A stretch of 64,000 nucleotides of DNA from positions 1-64,000 of IMG/VR virus record IMGVR_UViG_3300010354_000079. The stretch is one strand, 5' to 3'. Below the pieces are notes generated by a model. The model saw only the letters and a program-made list of their open reading frames with translations. It was not told the DNA's origin and searched no databases. The translations under genes and the position numbers were made by a program. This document shows, one piece after another, positions 1 through 9,373 of the stretch (its first letter is position 1; each line of letters begins with the position of its first letter). This DNA comes from a virus.

Positions 1-211
1 ACCAAGTGCAGCGGACTACGGTGCTTTCTGGTGCCGCAACAATAACACAATTATTATATCGTTCAATTACTGTACCCATTGGAAGTGTTTTTCCAATGGG
101 TGCTGTTTTAATATTGAAAGATTCAGTTGCTTCAAGTTGCTCTTGAAGCTTCCGAAGTTGAGATTGAGTGACCTCAATTTCTTTTTGCAGTTGTTGTTCG
201 GGGTCAATCAT
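1..211 (-). CDS. hypothetical protein, partial (continues beyond window start)
   Basis: minus-strand ORF with ATG at 209-211 (MIDPEQQLQKEIEVTQSQLRKLQEQLEA..., coiled-coil-like); no stop before the window edge; not in ORF track because partial. Confidence 0.3.
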   Translation of the reverse strand, partial: MIDPEQQLQKEIEVTQSQLRKLQEQLEATESFNIKTAPIGKTLPMGTVIERYNNCVIVAAPESTVVRCTW

Positions 212-422
212 TCATCTACTCCAATAAGGTTTGCGCGGTTGTAATTTGGGGCAATAAAGAACGCGAACGTATTTGGTCTGGTCTGGAAGAACAAAGCGAA
301 CCAACTCGCATTCTCTGTAGGTTCCTGCAACTTTTGGGGATTGTGTGTTTTCTTTTACTGGACTCCAAAAGATTCCAGATACTATTACTATAGCCAGGAG
401 TCCGCTAATAAGTGTTAGGGGT

Positions 423-629
423 TCATTGTTCTTTAAATTTCCCTAAGGCGTCGATCACATTTTGGATACAGTCTTTGGGAATGTAAATAGACGTTGTTTT
501 GCCAGTCATTGCTTCTAACCCCTCAGTGCAACAGACTTCCACAGTTCCATATTCATCAGTGCCGAACGTAAAGGCCCAATCATCATCTTCGTGACGGATT
601 TCTATTTGTGTGGAGATTTTGTAAGTCAT
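423..629 (-). CDS. hypothetical small protein (68 aa)
   Basis: ORF track; same strand as neighbours. Confidence 0.4.
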   Translation of the reverse strand: MTYKISTQIEIRHEDDDWAFTFGTDEYGTVEVCCTEGLEAMTGKTTSIYIPKDCIQNVIDALGKFKEQ

Positions 630-950
630 TTTCTCTAAGGAATTTGATTCGAGTTCTTCATCAACGGTAGGGAGTTCTCCATGGAAGAAAATTGCATCTT
701 CAGCATAACCCCCCTAAACAAACTGTCCAGGAGAAACTTCTTCGGTTATTCCGTAGGTGGTGGCGGAAGGGTGCTAGGAATTACTAAAAAGCCGGGTTCA
801 TCGGTCTCGATATAGCCAATCCGGAATGAATCGCGCCACGGAGGGCGTCGCGGGCCAGGAGCCAGCGGCCGAAGGCGATGGCAAGCGGCTTGATGAGTGC
901 CTCGATAACCACCAGGGCGGCGAAGGCGTCGGTGGCCACGTGGAGGTCAT

Positions 951-1157
951 TTATCGATCTAACTTCTTGACAAGTTTCTTTAGGGCTTTGAATTGCCCCC
1001 AAGTCAGCCCAAAGCCTTGCTCTGCACAGCTAACATCAAACCCCTCGCCATTGTTCCACAAAACCACTTCTATGAAGTCGTCGTCTTTGGCAAGACAATC
1101 GAATTCTTTGAGTGCGGAAAATGCAGCGTCAAGCTTGTAGCGGGTTATCTCAGGCAT
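951..1157 (-). CDS. hypothetical protein (68 aa, start trimmed to MPEITRY)
   Basis: internal ATG at 1155-1157 overlaps stop of upstream gene (ATGcCTGA coupling); ORF track entry 951..1205 is over-extended. Confidence 0.45.
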   Translation of the reverse strand: MPEITRYKLDAAFSALKEFDCLAKDDDFIEVVLWNNGEGFDVSCAEQGFGLTWGQFKALKKLVKKLDR

Positions 1158-1395
1158 CGGAATGGCCCTCCAGTTCGGCGGCGATGGCAAGGATTTCTGA
1201 GGCAAGGCAGTAAGGAACGCTTTGCGCCATTGTTACACCAAAGGTTGTCATAACTTTATTCTTTTGTGTATGTTCAACAGCGGCCCGCAGGGCAGCGGCG
1301 ATTGCGTCTCCGCAATCTTCAAACACACCAACACGCTCCATTACCTCGTTGTAGGCAGACCAAACTGCTTCAGATTGGGGAGAGAGGCGATTCAT
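1150..1395 (-). CDS. hypothetical protein (81 aa)
   Basis: ORF track; ATGA overlap with next gene. Confidence 0.45.
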   Translation of the reverse strand: MNRLSPQSEAVWSAYNEVMERVGVFEDCGDAIAAALRAAVEHTQKNKVMTTFGVTMAQSVPYCLASEILAIAAELEGHSDA

Positions 1396-1583
1396 TCGTT
1401 TTCTCCATAGGTAAGGAAGTTGAAAAGTTTCTCAATACGGTTAACCTCGTGATCAAACTCCTCAGCGACTTCAAAAGGCTCTAGGTTTTGTTCAAAAGAA
1501 AAGTCGGTGAGTTCCTGACACGTTACCTCCCTAAGGCGATTAACGATGAAGGCTCTTAAGGCTTTTCTGGTTTTACGATCCAC
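1392..1583 (-). CDS. hypothetical protein (63 aa)
   Basis: ORF track; 4-nt overlap with downstream gene. Confidence 0.4.
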   Translation of the reverse strand: MDRKTRKALRAFIVNRLREVTCQELTDFSFEQNLEPFEVAEEFDHEVNRIEKLFNFLTYGENE

Positions 1584-1615
1584 GGATGTTCTCTAGTTCA
1601 TTGGCAAGGGAAAGA

Positions 1616-1849
1616 CTATCGGGGCAGGAGGGCTAGGGTGGCGACGGGAAGCACCAAGCCCGCGAACCCCAACCCTACCCACCACCATGCGCTTTCGGGC
1701 AGGCCGGGGCGAGCCTGGAGCAGGCCATCGGCGAAGCAGTGATTGATGGCGACCACGGTCAGGGCGAAGTAGAGCGCGACAAAGGCCATGCGGGCAAGCA
1801 TGACCAGGGCGACCATGCGAGCCAGAGCCTCCAAGGGACTAGGAACCAT
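1616..1849 (-). CDS. small hydrophobic membrane protein (78 aa); paralog of 55923..56153
   Basis: internal ATG 1847-1849 one nt after stop of 1851..2309; product MVPSPLEALARMVALVMLARMAFVALYFALTVVAINHCFADGLLQARPGLPESAWWW... aligns with MESLALIVSFIVLGRMAFVSLCVALAIVAIHHHFVDGVLQTRGLPTDPVWW...; ORF track 1616..2074 is over-extended. Confidence 0.5.
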   Translation of the reverse strand: MVPSPLEALARMVALVMLARMAFVALYFALTVVAINHCFADGLLQARPGLPESAWWWVGLGFAGLVLPVATLALLPR

Positions 1850-1850
1850 C

Positions 1851-2309
1851 TCAGTCAGGTTGCCGGGGGAAGGGTTGCGGGGTGGGGCGGCCGAAGCGGG
1901 TAATGGCTCGTTGCAGCAAGTCAAGAAGTTCGTCGTCCTCCGGACTCCTCCACATGGTTGGTGCAATGACAGTGCCCCAGGCTCTGTCTTGACGGAGCCA
2001 ATCCAAGACGTCTTCCTTCGTCGCCTTCGGCTCGATGGTGGGGCGGCCCCAGCGGGCGAGGGCTTCCTGAACAAGTTGAAGAAGTTGAAGACTTCCGCTC
2101 AGGTCACTGAGGCCCAGCTTATCGGCCAGTTGCATGATCTGGCGCCGCGTGGGCTCAGCCCCCAACGCCTCCGGCTGGGCCAGGGCGGCTTTCATTCGTT
2201 CGACAATAGGTCCCGCGTTCTCAGCAAAGTCTTCCGGGTTTGTAGTGCGACTCCAGCAAAAAGTCAGCTCAGCGCACAGAGCGCGGTAGTCGGTGGGGGT
2301 TCTTTCCAT
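1851..2309 (-). CDS. hypothetical protein (152 aa)
   Basis: ATG 6 nt after TATAGT of cassette E1 (gcgcTATAGTtacattATG). Confidence 0.55.
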   Translation of the reverse strand: MERTPTDYRALCAELTFCWSRTTNPEDFAENAGPIVERMKAALAQPEALGAEPTRRQIMQLADKLGLSDLSGSLQLLQLVQEALARWGRPTIEPKATKEDVLDWLRQDRAWGTVIAPTMWRSPEDDELLDLLQRAITRFGRPTPQPFPRQPD

Positions 2310-2390
2310 AATGTAACTATAGCGCTTTCAGCCCCCAGGGTAAAGGGGGGGGGGGTAAACCGCCCTTTAAGGGACGGTTAACCGCCTTGG
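2310..2390 (-). promoter_or_regulatory. cassette E1 (type B: two GGTWAACCGCC repeats + TTTACC -35 + TATAGT -10); contains 11-G tract
   Basis: minus strand: GGCGGTTAACC-N9-GGGCGGTTTACC(C)n-TTTACC-N17-TATAGT-N6-ATG. Confidence 0.55.
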
Positions 2391-3148
2391 GGCAGGTTAA
2401 AGTCCAGAGAGCAGAAGAGGATTTGCCGCCACCGTGAAATGAGCATCTCCGCGTAATCTCTTCGGGAAGGTGGATTGGATTGTGGATCTCGATTTTCATA
2501 GAGGCCGAGGGACCACCCATCATTGATCTCCACTAGCGAATACCCCCGTAAGTCTGACCTCCAACCGATGTCCACAGAGTAAGCACTCGGCCCAACCATT
2601 TCGTGCAAAAGTTTAGAAACTTCTCGAACCAAGAAATGGTCCGGTTCTGGATTATTAAAGTCCGTATCGTCATAGCGAGACCACCCAAGAACTTGAGGAC
2701 CGTTAACAAAGTCGTGTACGTAAAAGCGAAACTCGGACTCAAACCGCACAGGCTCACTGATCCAAACCAAAGTGTTTTCGGCAACAGAATCCGTTGAAGC
2801 CAAATCCTTTTTGATCGCTCCCGTAAATCGTTTGGTGCGCACAGGTTTCACAAACTCTTCATCCCCCGCTTCGGAAAGCATTCCACGCCGAATCTCGCGG
2901 GCCATGTAAGGCTCAAGGAAATCGTAGTGGAGTCCCTCTTCCGGAAGATTAATACCAATATGTTTGGCGTACTCCCGTGTGAACTCTACCGAGCCTACGG
3001 GAACATGCGAGAGCTTAAAGCATTTCGCATCGATTTCCGCAATTTCATCGAATGTTCTCGACACACAGGGATAGGGGGAGCAAACGCAAGCGAACTTTTC
3101 CGTATGCATAATGTCTCCTCTCTGAAGCAGAAAATGGAGTTCTTTCAC
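2378..3148 (-). CDS. ATP-grasp fold enzyme (putative)
   Basis: motifs FVKPVRTKRFTG (Lys in VKP), VWISEP, YSVDIGW...LVEINDGWSLG resemble ATP-grasp K / E-x-N signatures. Confidence 0.45.
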   Translation of the reverse strand: MKELHFLLQRGDIMHTEKFACVCSPYPCVSRTFDEIAEIDAKCFKLSHVPVGSVEFTREYAKHIGINLPEEGLHYDFLEPYMAREIRRGMLSEAGDEEFVKPVRTKRFTGAIKKDLASTDSVAENTLVWISEPVRFESEFRFYVHDFVNGPQVLGWSRYDDTDFNNPEPDHFLVREVSKLLHEMVGPSAYSVDIGWRSDLRGYSLVEINDGWSLGLYENRDPQSNPPSRRDYAEMLISRWRQILFCSLDFNLPQGG

Positions 3149-3149
3149 G

Positions 3150-3746
3150 TCACTCTGAGAGATTATGTTGAAGCATGTTACAGAAAATTACCCCTTGTTC
3201 AAGAGCATCTTGTTCAGCAATGTGGGAGTGCTTGACTTTTGCCGGAAACCAGTGTCTTGGGTAGTTTCTCTTTACCGACTCTCGATAACCCTTCTTTAGA
3301 AGGGCCATTGCATAGGTCTTTCCATCGAGAGCTGAAAAGCTGAATGGAGATTTACCCGTGAATCGAATGAGATACCAGTAAACAAAAAGGAAGTCAAATC
3401 CTGCAGGAAACCCTACGAAAACCGGATTTGCTTTCTTAGTCATTCCCTGGGGAGTGTACCGTGTCAAGACTTTTTCAGCCCACTCTGAAAACTGCTCCAT
3501 AGCTGCAGCTGGGTCAACTGGGTTTCTTCGGCACTGTTCGTAAGCGTCCCGATTCTCTTTTTGAGACCACCATTCCGAGGTTTTAGGATCGGGAGAGGAT
3601 TCGGGAAGAGGTTCTAAATTGACTGAAAAAGTTTCGAGAAGTGCCCCGTTTGATAGAAAGGCGGCACTTCCGAGAGAAAGCATACTGTTGGGACCGGGAA
3701 TGGGACCGTCGGTTTCAACATCCGTGCTAAAGTAGATTTCAGTCAT
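3150..3746 (-). CDS. DEDD-family 3'-5' exonuclease
   Basis: N-terminal [25 protein letters not shown] resembles the DnaQ/oligoribonuclease Exo I motif. Confidence 0.5.
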   Translation of the reverse strand: MTEIYFSTDVETDGPIPGPNSMLSLGSAAFLSNGALLETFSVNLEPLPESSPDPKTSEWWSQKENRDAYEQCRRNPVDPAAAMEQFSEWAEKVLTRYTPQGMTKKANPVFVGFPAGFDFLFVYWYLIRFTGKSPFSFSALDGKTYAMALLKKGYRESVKRNYPRHWFPAKVKHSHIAEQDALEQGVIFCNMLQHNLSE

Positions 3747-3827
3747 AGTCAGAAAAAGCTCCTAAGATAAACAGGGTTAGACCAAACAAAAGGAAAAACG
3801 CAGCGATCGTAAGCATAGGAAGACGGA

Positions 3828-4457
3828 TTAAACAATGAGAGAGTTAGGAATAAATTTCTGACTCCTCCAGTGCTTACCCGTCTGAACATGTCCCTCTCGA
3901 ACAAACTTCGCAACAGAGGTTCCGAAGTCGTCATAGTGGAAAGACTGGGCGTATCGAACTACATACCCTTCGACTTTTGTTGTGTCCAGGGAATTTGCGA
4001 TTTCCCGAATCTTCTTCTCGTTCCACTCTCCATTGTATAGGACAGGGACAGAGCAGATTCCCAGCATCGAGAAAAAGTCCTGGGTATCTTCCCAGGAAAG
4101 TGCACAGTTCCTTTCATCCCAAACGCTAAACCCGTAAAAATACGACTTCAGGTCTGAGTAGGAAATACTGTGACGAGCCCACAGATTCTCTCCGCAAATA
4201 CGCCAACCGACTGGAATCTCGTGACGAATCTGAGCCCAGAACTGTTTCACCCAGGCCCGGTCCTCTCCGCCTTTGCTATCGAGGCTGCGAGCATGGATGT
4301 GGTCGCTATACAAGGTTGTATTCTCTCCGTCCATTTTCTCGGTTACAACAACCGTGCGACCCACAAAACTTTGAACGCTCGAAAGGACTTTGTCGTCACT
4401 CGTGACTGCCTCCGACCAGGGCAGGTGGAAGGTTCGAGGGTATTTTACGTGAGCCAT
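3828..4457 (-). CDS. ATP-dependent RNA ligase (PF09414-like, small)
   Basis: KYPRTFHLPWS and EKMDGEN (KxDG nucleotidyltransferase motif I); start trimmed to MAHVKY because cassette E2 lies inside the ORF-track N-extension. Confidence 0.6.
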   Translation of the reverse strand: MAHVKYPRTFHLPWSEAVTSDDKVLSSVQSFVGRTVVVTEKMDGENTTLYSDHIHARSLDSKGGEDRAWVKQFWAQIRHEIPVGWRICGENLWARHSISYSDLKSYFYGFSVWDERNCALSWEDTQDFFSMLGICSVPVLYNGEWNEKKIREIANSLDTTKVEGYVVRYAQSFHYDDFGTSVAKFVREGHVQTGKHWRSQKFIPNSLIV

Positions 4458-4479
4458 CTCTCGAGCACCTGAACGTAAC

Positions 4480-4526
4480 CTACTATAGGGCCATCCCCGA
4501 AACGCGTAAAGGGCGGGTTCCCGCCC
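4480..4526 (-). promoter_or_regulatory. cassette E2 (type A palindrome GGGCGGGAACCCGCCC + TTTACG + TATAGT)
   Basis: TATAGT 24 nt upstream of RNA ligase ATG. Confidence 0.5.
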
Positions 4527-4608
4527 TCTCCAGGATCGCTCCAGGGGAGCCATCTGTTTTGGTAACCCATTGGGCCACCCCACCCGAGAGCCCGCCTTTC
4601 CGGACTCC

Positions 4609-6105
4609 CTAGGCCTGGCTGGGGAGGACCTCGAGAAACTCCCAACCGGCTCCCGGTGGGTCCCTAAACAGCTTTACCTCTTTCGTCGTAACGTTTCGAT
4701 ACGGGGAAGAAAGCTTCCAGTTTGAGTTGCTACAGTGCTCTAACCCTTTCCCTCTCTTGAACTCTCTCCACTCTGTTGAGACCCACATTTCCGGCCACAC
4801 ACCGCGCCATTCTTTGTGCCTCTTTCCCTTTTCCGGTAAATTCTCAATCGAGTACCGCATAAACTCCCGTCTACAATCTTCGCACTCAAGCTTTTCCAGA
4901 TATATCATGTTTTCTCGAGAGTAAAACACGAGCGAGATGCGTTCCGCATCCTCTGACATCTTAACCATTTCTGTGTTTCCATGAAGAAGAGTTTGAGTAT
5001 CGCCAGCGATGAAATCCCCATCCCGTAAATCAAAGGCGAGCCTTAACTCGGGAAAGACAAGGTAGTGTCCTTCGTAGTTACCTCTTGTCAAAGCTGTGAG
5101 AACGGCAAGAGCGCCTTTCAGGTTATTCTTGTCAACGTGGTAAGCAGTCCGAAAGTTAAAATTTAGGGTAATGCTTGTGAACGCAGTTCCGAACAAGTTG
5201 TAAGCGGGTTCCGAAACACGGGAAATAACGTCGCGAACGGATTGCCAGGTGAGTGGAAAAGTCTGACGAAAGCCTTCGCAAGCAGCAAAGTATATAGGCT
5301 GGTAAAGGGAGAAGCTATCGTAAAATTTCACGGTCGTCCCACTGAGTCGCCCGTAAGGAAATCTGCACCCTCGGTCTATGGCACCAAGAACATTGCTATA
5401 GCAATGGTTAAAGTTTAGCTGGATACTAATGAAGTTATCCATCGCGTCTTTCGTGGTTTGAACTTTGTTTTCCGATGGCAACCACTCGTTCTCAAGCCAG
5501 GGGTCAAACCATCCCCACAGAATCTTTCGCTTTCGAGAGATAAGATCTTTGCGATCTTCTTCCTGGAGGTCTTTCCTTTTAAGTTCTCGATCTACCTCTT
5601 TCAAAGTTTCTTTCACCTTAGGAAAAGCCTTCACAACTTGTTTCAGCTTTACCGTTTTGGTCGTGAGCTCGTCGGAACTATTTAGAACGTCTCTTGCTTG
5701 TTCCAGGGTTGTGAGTAACCCGGCACAAGACTGAGCAAAGAACGCAACCTGCCCCTTTGTCAGGCGAGCTTCAGGTCTTGTAGTAAACTCTGTTCCTGCG
5801 ACGACACCTCTCTGGGTTCCGTACACTTCACGAGAGGCTTTACGAAAGAACTCCCAAACGTCGGGTTGTTTCTCTCGTCCGTCTTTGAGTAAGGGAAACA
5901 AGGACTTTCGAAATGCCAGAACTTTTTTACCATCGACGAAAACGTCGCAATCCTCGCGAATGACCTCGTCGTAGTCTGACTCAGTGGGAAACTTGCCAAC
6001 ATATTCACTTTTAGAGCACAGTGCGAGTTCTTCTCGTGTTATCTTTCGTGGGTTGGTTCTTGAGCGCAAGTCTCTATCAATTTCTTCCCTAGTCTCTCTG
6101 TTCAT
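4609..6105 (-). CDS. TET/JBP-family 2OG-Fe(II) dioxygenase (nucleic-acid base hydroxylase)
   Basis: AYHVDKNN (HxD), LLHGNTE (distal His) and ERISLVFYSR; RISLVFY matches the 2OG-binding Arg segment I recall from human TET2 (HPTRISLVFYQHK). Confidence 0.6.
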   Translation of the reverse strand: MNRETREEIDRDLRSRTNPRKITREELALCSKSEYVGKFPTESDYDEVIREDCDVFVDGKKVLAFRKSLFPLLKDGREKQPDVWEFFRKASREVYGTQRGVVAGTEFTTRPEARLTKGQVAFFAQSCAGLLTTLEQARDVLNSSDELTTKTVKLKQVVKAFPKVKETLKEVDRELKRKDLQEEDRKDLISRKRKILWGWFDPWLENEWLPSENKVQTTKDAMDNFISIQLNFNHCYSNVLGAIDRGCRFPYGRLSGTTVKFYDSFSLYQPIYFAACEGFRQTFPLTWQSVRDVISRVSEPAYNLFGTAFTSITLNFNFRTAYHVDKNNLKGALAVLTALTRGNYEGHYLVFPELRLAFDLRDGDFIAGDTQTLLHGNTEMVKMSEDAERISLVFYSRENMIYLEKLECEDCRREFMRYSIENLPEKGKRHKEWRGVWPEMWVSTEWREFKRGKGLEHCSNSNWKLSSPYRNVTTKEVKLFRDPPGAGWEFLEVLPSQA

Positions 6106-6213
6106 ACAAGACTCTACAAACGAACGTATTATACAATTCCTGAAGAAAGTAAATCTAAATCTACAAAAAAAAAAGAGGCCGGATAAGCCCCTTTCCTACA
6201 GAATCTTCGAAAA

Positions 6214-6519
6214 CTATCGAACTCGCTTCACATGGTCCCAATGGGGGCTCTTCACAACGGAAGGTTTCACTTCAGGAGTCCGCTGAGCCGCTTTTCGAGC
6301 CCTAAGCATTTCCCACAAGGCTTGTTTCAGTTTCGGATCATCCGTTTTTTCGTACGCTTCCTGAAGCCGGGCAAATGCCTCGTCTCGGCGAGGAATGATA
6401 AGCCCATCCTTTTTTAGGGTAGTTGGAGAAATGTCAAGGGACTCACCTGCTTTCACTTTTGGACGACCAAAGTTTCCAGTGTGAACACCTTTTGTTCGAA
6501 GGCCATGATCATTAGCCAT
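6214..6519 (-). CDS. hypothetical protein (101 aa, basic)
   Basis: ORF track. Confidence 0.4.
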   Translation of the reverse strand: MANDHGLRTKGVHTGNFGRPKVKAGESLDISPTTLKKDGLIIPRRDEAFARLQEAYEKTDDPKLKQALWEMLRARKAAQRTPEVKPSVVKSPHWDHVKRVR

Positions 6520-6522
6520 TTT

Positions 6523-7116
6523 TCACTGCCGGTAGATGAACTTTTTGTCAAAGGCGGCTTTGGCAACCGTCTTCATCTTGAGCGCGATATCCAGATCCGG
6601 AACCAGGGTGATCGGATTATCCAGAAGCTGAGGGAGAATTGAAGGTGCTTTCTCCGTAACTTCTTGATCTTGAAAATGAACCCGGTATTCGGTGCCAATC
6701 TCTTCACAGATGGCGTTGATCGCCATGGCTTTTTCGATAAAGTTGGCGCCGTGGCCCTGAACTCCGTCATCAAGACCCTTGGTGTGAAGGTACTTGTGAA
6801 CCATCTCGTGAAGCAAAACGCTTCGGGTCGCGATCGGGTCGACCGCGATCTTTCGAGAAAGACGAATGGTCTTATCTTTGTAAGAGTAGACGCCGTAAGT
6901 CCTCTTACCAAGCCTTCCATCCCACTTCAGAGTTCCGTAAGAAGTTCGTACCTCACCGTTTTCGTCGGTAAAGGTGTGGGAAGGGAGGATAGGGAGTTCG
7001 CCGTTGAAAAAACGAGCGTTAAACTCTGCATACAGATCACCAAGGTCATACATCACCGTGGAATCCGGGCAGAAAGCTGTGAAAAAGGAATTCGAGAGTT
7101 GAGTTTTGAATTCCAC
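6523..7116 (-). CDS. SprT-like zinc metallopeptidase
   Basis: LLHEMVHKYLH (HExxH) and N-terminal FNARFFNGELP typical of the SprT family; GTG start. Confidence 0.55.
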   Translation of the reverse strand: MEFKTQLSNSFFTAFCPDSTVMYDLGDLYAEFNARFFNGELPILPSHTFTDENGEVRTSYGTLKWDGRLGKRTYGVYSYKDKTIRLSRKIAVDPIATRSVLLHEMVHKYLHTKGLDDGVQGHGANFIEKAMAINAICEEIGTEYRVHFQDQEVTEKAPSILPQLLDNPITLVPDLDIALKMKTVAKAAFDKKFIYRQ

Positions 7117-7151
7117 TTTTTCTAGGGGGGAAGCGGAGGTCGGTCACACCT

Positions 7152-7199
7152 TTACTATAGGTGTTACAGCGGAGTTCTGTAAAGGGCGGGTTCCCGCCC
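7152..7199 (-). promoter_or_regulatory. cassette E3 (type A)
   Basis: GGGCGGGAACCCGCCCTTTAC...TATAGT upstream of SprT-like gene. Confidence 0.5.
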
Positions 7200-7210
7200 T
7201 TCCCAAGAGG

Positions 7211-7393
7211 TCAGCCGAATTCGAAATAGACTTCCTCTACTCGATTCCAGCGAGTGATCGAAGGGCCAGAGTAGACGGTCACAGGCTCACGGAGAACTTC
7301 CGACAGTTCAAGAGCGGTGTCTCGAGCAACGTCCACCTGAGTGAAAGGACCCTCAGCGAAGGAGCATTCAGACGCGGTCCAGTAGAGAGACAT
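7211..7393 (-). CDS. hypothetical protein (60 aa)
   Basis: ATG 24 nt downstream of TATAGT of cassette E4; stop abuts cassette E3. Confidence 0.4.
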   Translation of the reverse strand: MSLYWTASECSFAEGPFTQVDVARDTALELSEVLREPVTVYSGPSITRWNRVEEVYFEFG

Positions 7394-7404
7394 GGCACCC
7401 GTTT

Positions 7405-7474
7405 CGAAGACCCCCTTACTATAGGGCTTATCGGAACGAAAACAAAGGGGGTAAACCGCCCTTTAAAAGTAGGG
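7405..7474 (-). promoter_or_regulatory. cassette E4 (type B)
   Basis: GGGCGGTTAACCC-N-GGGCGGTTTACCCCCTTTG...TATAGT. Confidence 0.5.
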
Positions 7475-8104
7475 TTAACCGCCCTGCTGGAGGGCGTTAA
7501 AGTTTTTCAGAATCTTTTGACACTCTTCTGCTATTTGTTCTTCCCTTTGGCAACCGTCCACTGAAACTCGATAAGAGGGTGCAGTTCGTTCGTACCCGTC
7601 GTATACCCTCTCAAGGAAAAACTTTCCTTCTGCCTCAAAACGGTCATAACTTTGAGATCTACTACGAGTTCTATGAATTGACTCGTCAACTGGAATGTCA
7701 AAAAAGAGCTCCAGGTCCGGGTCGGGAAAACTGAAGGAAGAGAGAAGGTCCCTTACCCGTTCGACTCCAATACCTCGAGCGTAGCCTTGGTAGGCTAAAG
7801 TGCTTGAGATATAACGGTCGCAAAGGACCCAGTATCCCTCACTTAGGAGAGGCTCAATATATTTAGATACGTGCTGTACGCGATCAGCCAAAAGGAGAAG
7901 AAGTTCTGCCTCAGGGTGCAAGGACTCTCTTGTACTCTTCAGAATGTCCCTCACAGTGGGGATAAACCCTGGCTCTCTTGTGCGAATAACTTGGGAGTTT
8001 TTAGAAACCAGCCCGCTCTCTGGGAGCCATTCTTTCAAGCGTTTCAGCTGCGTGCTCTTTCCACTTCCGTCTAAACCTTCGAAAGTGATAAACTTTCCTC
8101 TCAT
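7475..8104 (-). CDS. tmk: thymidylate kinase
   Basis: FITFEGLDGSGKSTQ P-loop and DRY..S lid region; ~209 aa. Confidence 0.85.
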   Translation of the reverse strand: MRGKFITFEGLDGSGKSTQLKRLKEWLPESGLVSKNSQVIRTREPGFIPTVRDILKSTRESLHPEAELLLLLADRVQHVSKYIEPLLSEGYWVLCDRYISSTLAYQGYARGIGVERVRDLLSSFSFPDPDLELFFDIPVDESIHRTRSRSQSYDRFEAEGKFFLERVYDGYERTAPSYRVSVDGCQREEQIAEECQKILKNFNALQQGG

Positions 8105-8223
8105 GGCGGCCTTCTCAGAATGACCGAATACAGTTCAGTATTCTGAAACACCTCTGAAGTTCGAGTTGAATACTTTGAGAATAATCAAAGAGTCCAGCCT
8201 CGTCGGCTCGGGAAATGTCCCTT

Positions 8224-8514
8224 TCAAGCGACATGGTCCGAATTTCTACCAGGTCCCGAATGAGAGACCAATCGGAGAGGCTCAGAAAGTTTTGCATCGT
8301 CGGTAGTTTCAGGTGGTTTAAGGGTAGTCTTTCCTTGAAGTTGTTCAACCATGAAAGATGCTACTCTTTCTTGGTGTTCTGGGCAAACATTTGGAAGGTG
8401 GTAACTCATTTCGGAGAGGATTGCCATTACCTCTTTTCTCTCCTCCCTTTCTCTTTCTTTAGGGGAATCCTCGTCGGGGAAAGGAACCATAATTGTAATG
8501 GGTTTCAGTTTCAT
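8224..8514 (-). CDS. hypothetical protein (96 aa)
   Basis: ATGA overlap with the HAD gene stop; the overlapping ORF 8115..8348 is less likely. Confidence 0.35.
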   Translation of the reverse strand: MKLKPITIMVPFPDEDSPKEREREERKEVMAILSEMSYHLPNVCPEHQERVASFMVEQLQGKTTLKPPETTDDAKLSEPLRLVSHSGPGRNSDHVA

Positions 8515-8900
8515 ACTCTAACACAGTAAATTCCAAAGCTTTGAACCAGCTGGCAATTTTCGGGTTTGTCGTCAAACCACATTAAGGGTTTTCCGTAGTC
8601 AGAACAAATGGTGTTTATATGGTCCAACTTCACTAGCCAATCTGGACGACCATCGTCATTCGGCCGCATATATACTTTCAACGGGTGGATACCCTTTTCT
8701 GCCAACCAAGAAACGGTGTCTTCTCGTAAGTATTCTGGACGAGCAGTGGAGATAATCAACGGGATCCCTGACTTACGAAAGCCGAGGGCCAGATTCACAA
8801 GTTCACGATTTTCTGTTAAGTTGGTAACAAAGTCGTCAACGTACTTCTGAGAAGTTAAGGTGAGGTCTACGTCAAAAACGATCGAAGGAATGGTTCTCAT
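8511..8900 (-). CDS. HAD-superfamily phosphatase (polynucleotide 3'-phosphatase-like or nucleotidase)
   Basis: FDVDLTLT (DxDxT motif I), IISTARPE (motif II), WFDDKPEN (motif IV). Confidence 0.5.
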   Translation of the reverse strand: MRTIPSIVFDVDLTLTSQKYVDDFVTNLTENRELVNLALGFRKSGIPLIISTARPEYLREDTVSWLAEKGIHPLKVYMRPNDDGRPDWLVKLDHINTICSDYGKPLMWFDDKPENCQLVQSFGIYCVRV

Positions 8901-8948
8901 TTTTTAAAGTGTGGGAATAGACCCTTGATACAGAGACCTATTATCGAA

Positions 8949-9131
8949 TCATGACTGGGGCCTTTGAGCCATAACCAACTGTGCTTGGTAGAGTTTCTGC
9001 TCTTTTTCGATGATCTTTCTAACCAAAGAGAGGGGGCTCAGCTTTAGGGCACTGTTACTGTTTGCTTGAGAATTCATGGTATTTTTGCAAAGGATATTTA
9101 TCGCGTTCCTTTGTCGCCTACTTCCGGTCAC
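8949..9131 (-). CDS. hypothetical protein (60 aa)
   Basis: ORF track; ATGA overlap. Confidence 0.3.
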   Translation of the reverse strand: MTGSRRQRNAINILCKNTMNSQANSNSALKLSPLSLVRKIIEKEQKLYQAQLVMAQRPQS

Positions 9132-9373
9132 TTTTCGTAACCTGAACGATTGTTGTGGAGTTTGTTGAGGAGGAGGAAACCTCCGTACTTAGAGAACACC
9201 TCCACAGGTGCCCACTCGCTCCAATACTTTGAGGAAAGAAACCAAAGATCTCCCCTCTTATACACTCTCCCTACATATTCCCCGCTGCGAGAGCAATGGT
9301 AAACAACGAGATTTGGAAAGTTTTGAGAAATTCGAAGTGGGGAGAGGTACGGCACAGGAATCGAGTGGTTCAT
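9128..9373 (-). CDS. hypothetical protein (81 aa)
   Basis: ORF track; ATG overlaps TAA of upstream small gene (TAATG). Confidence 0.4.
   Translation of the reverse strand: MNHSIPVPYLSPLRISQNFPNLVVYHCSRSGEYVGRVYKRGDLWFLSSKYWSEWAPVEVFSKYGGFLLLNKLHNNRSGYEK

Noticed and set aside
1616-2074. 152-aa ORF 1616..2074 with Arg-rich N-terminus
   Set aside because: The N-terminal half overlaps gene 1851..2309 in another frame. Only the C-terminal 78 aa (from ATG 1847-1849) is conserved with paralog 55923..56153.
7150-7420. Plus-strand ACTATAGG / ACTATAGCGC motifs resembling T7-type phage RNAP promoters (CACTATAGGGAGA)
   Set aside because: They would drive transcription antisense to every gene. On the minus strand the same bases form a TATAGT -10 hexamer with a -35-like TTTAC 17 nt upstream and an ATG 6 nt downstream, which fits a sigma70-type leaderless promoter far better.
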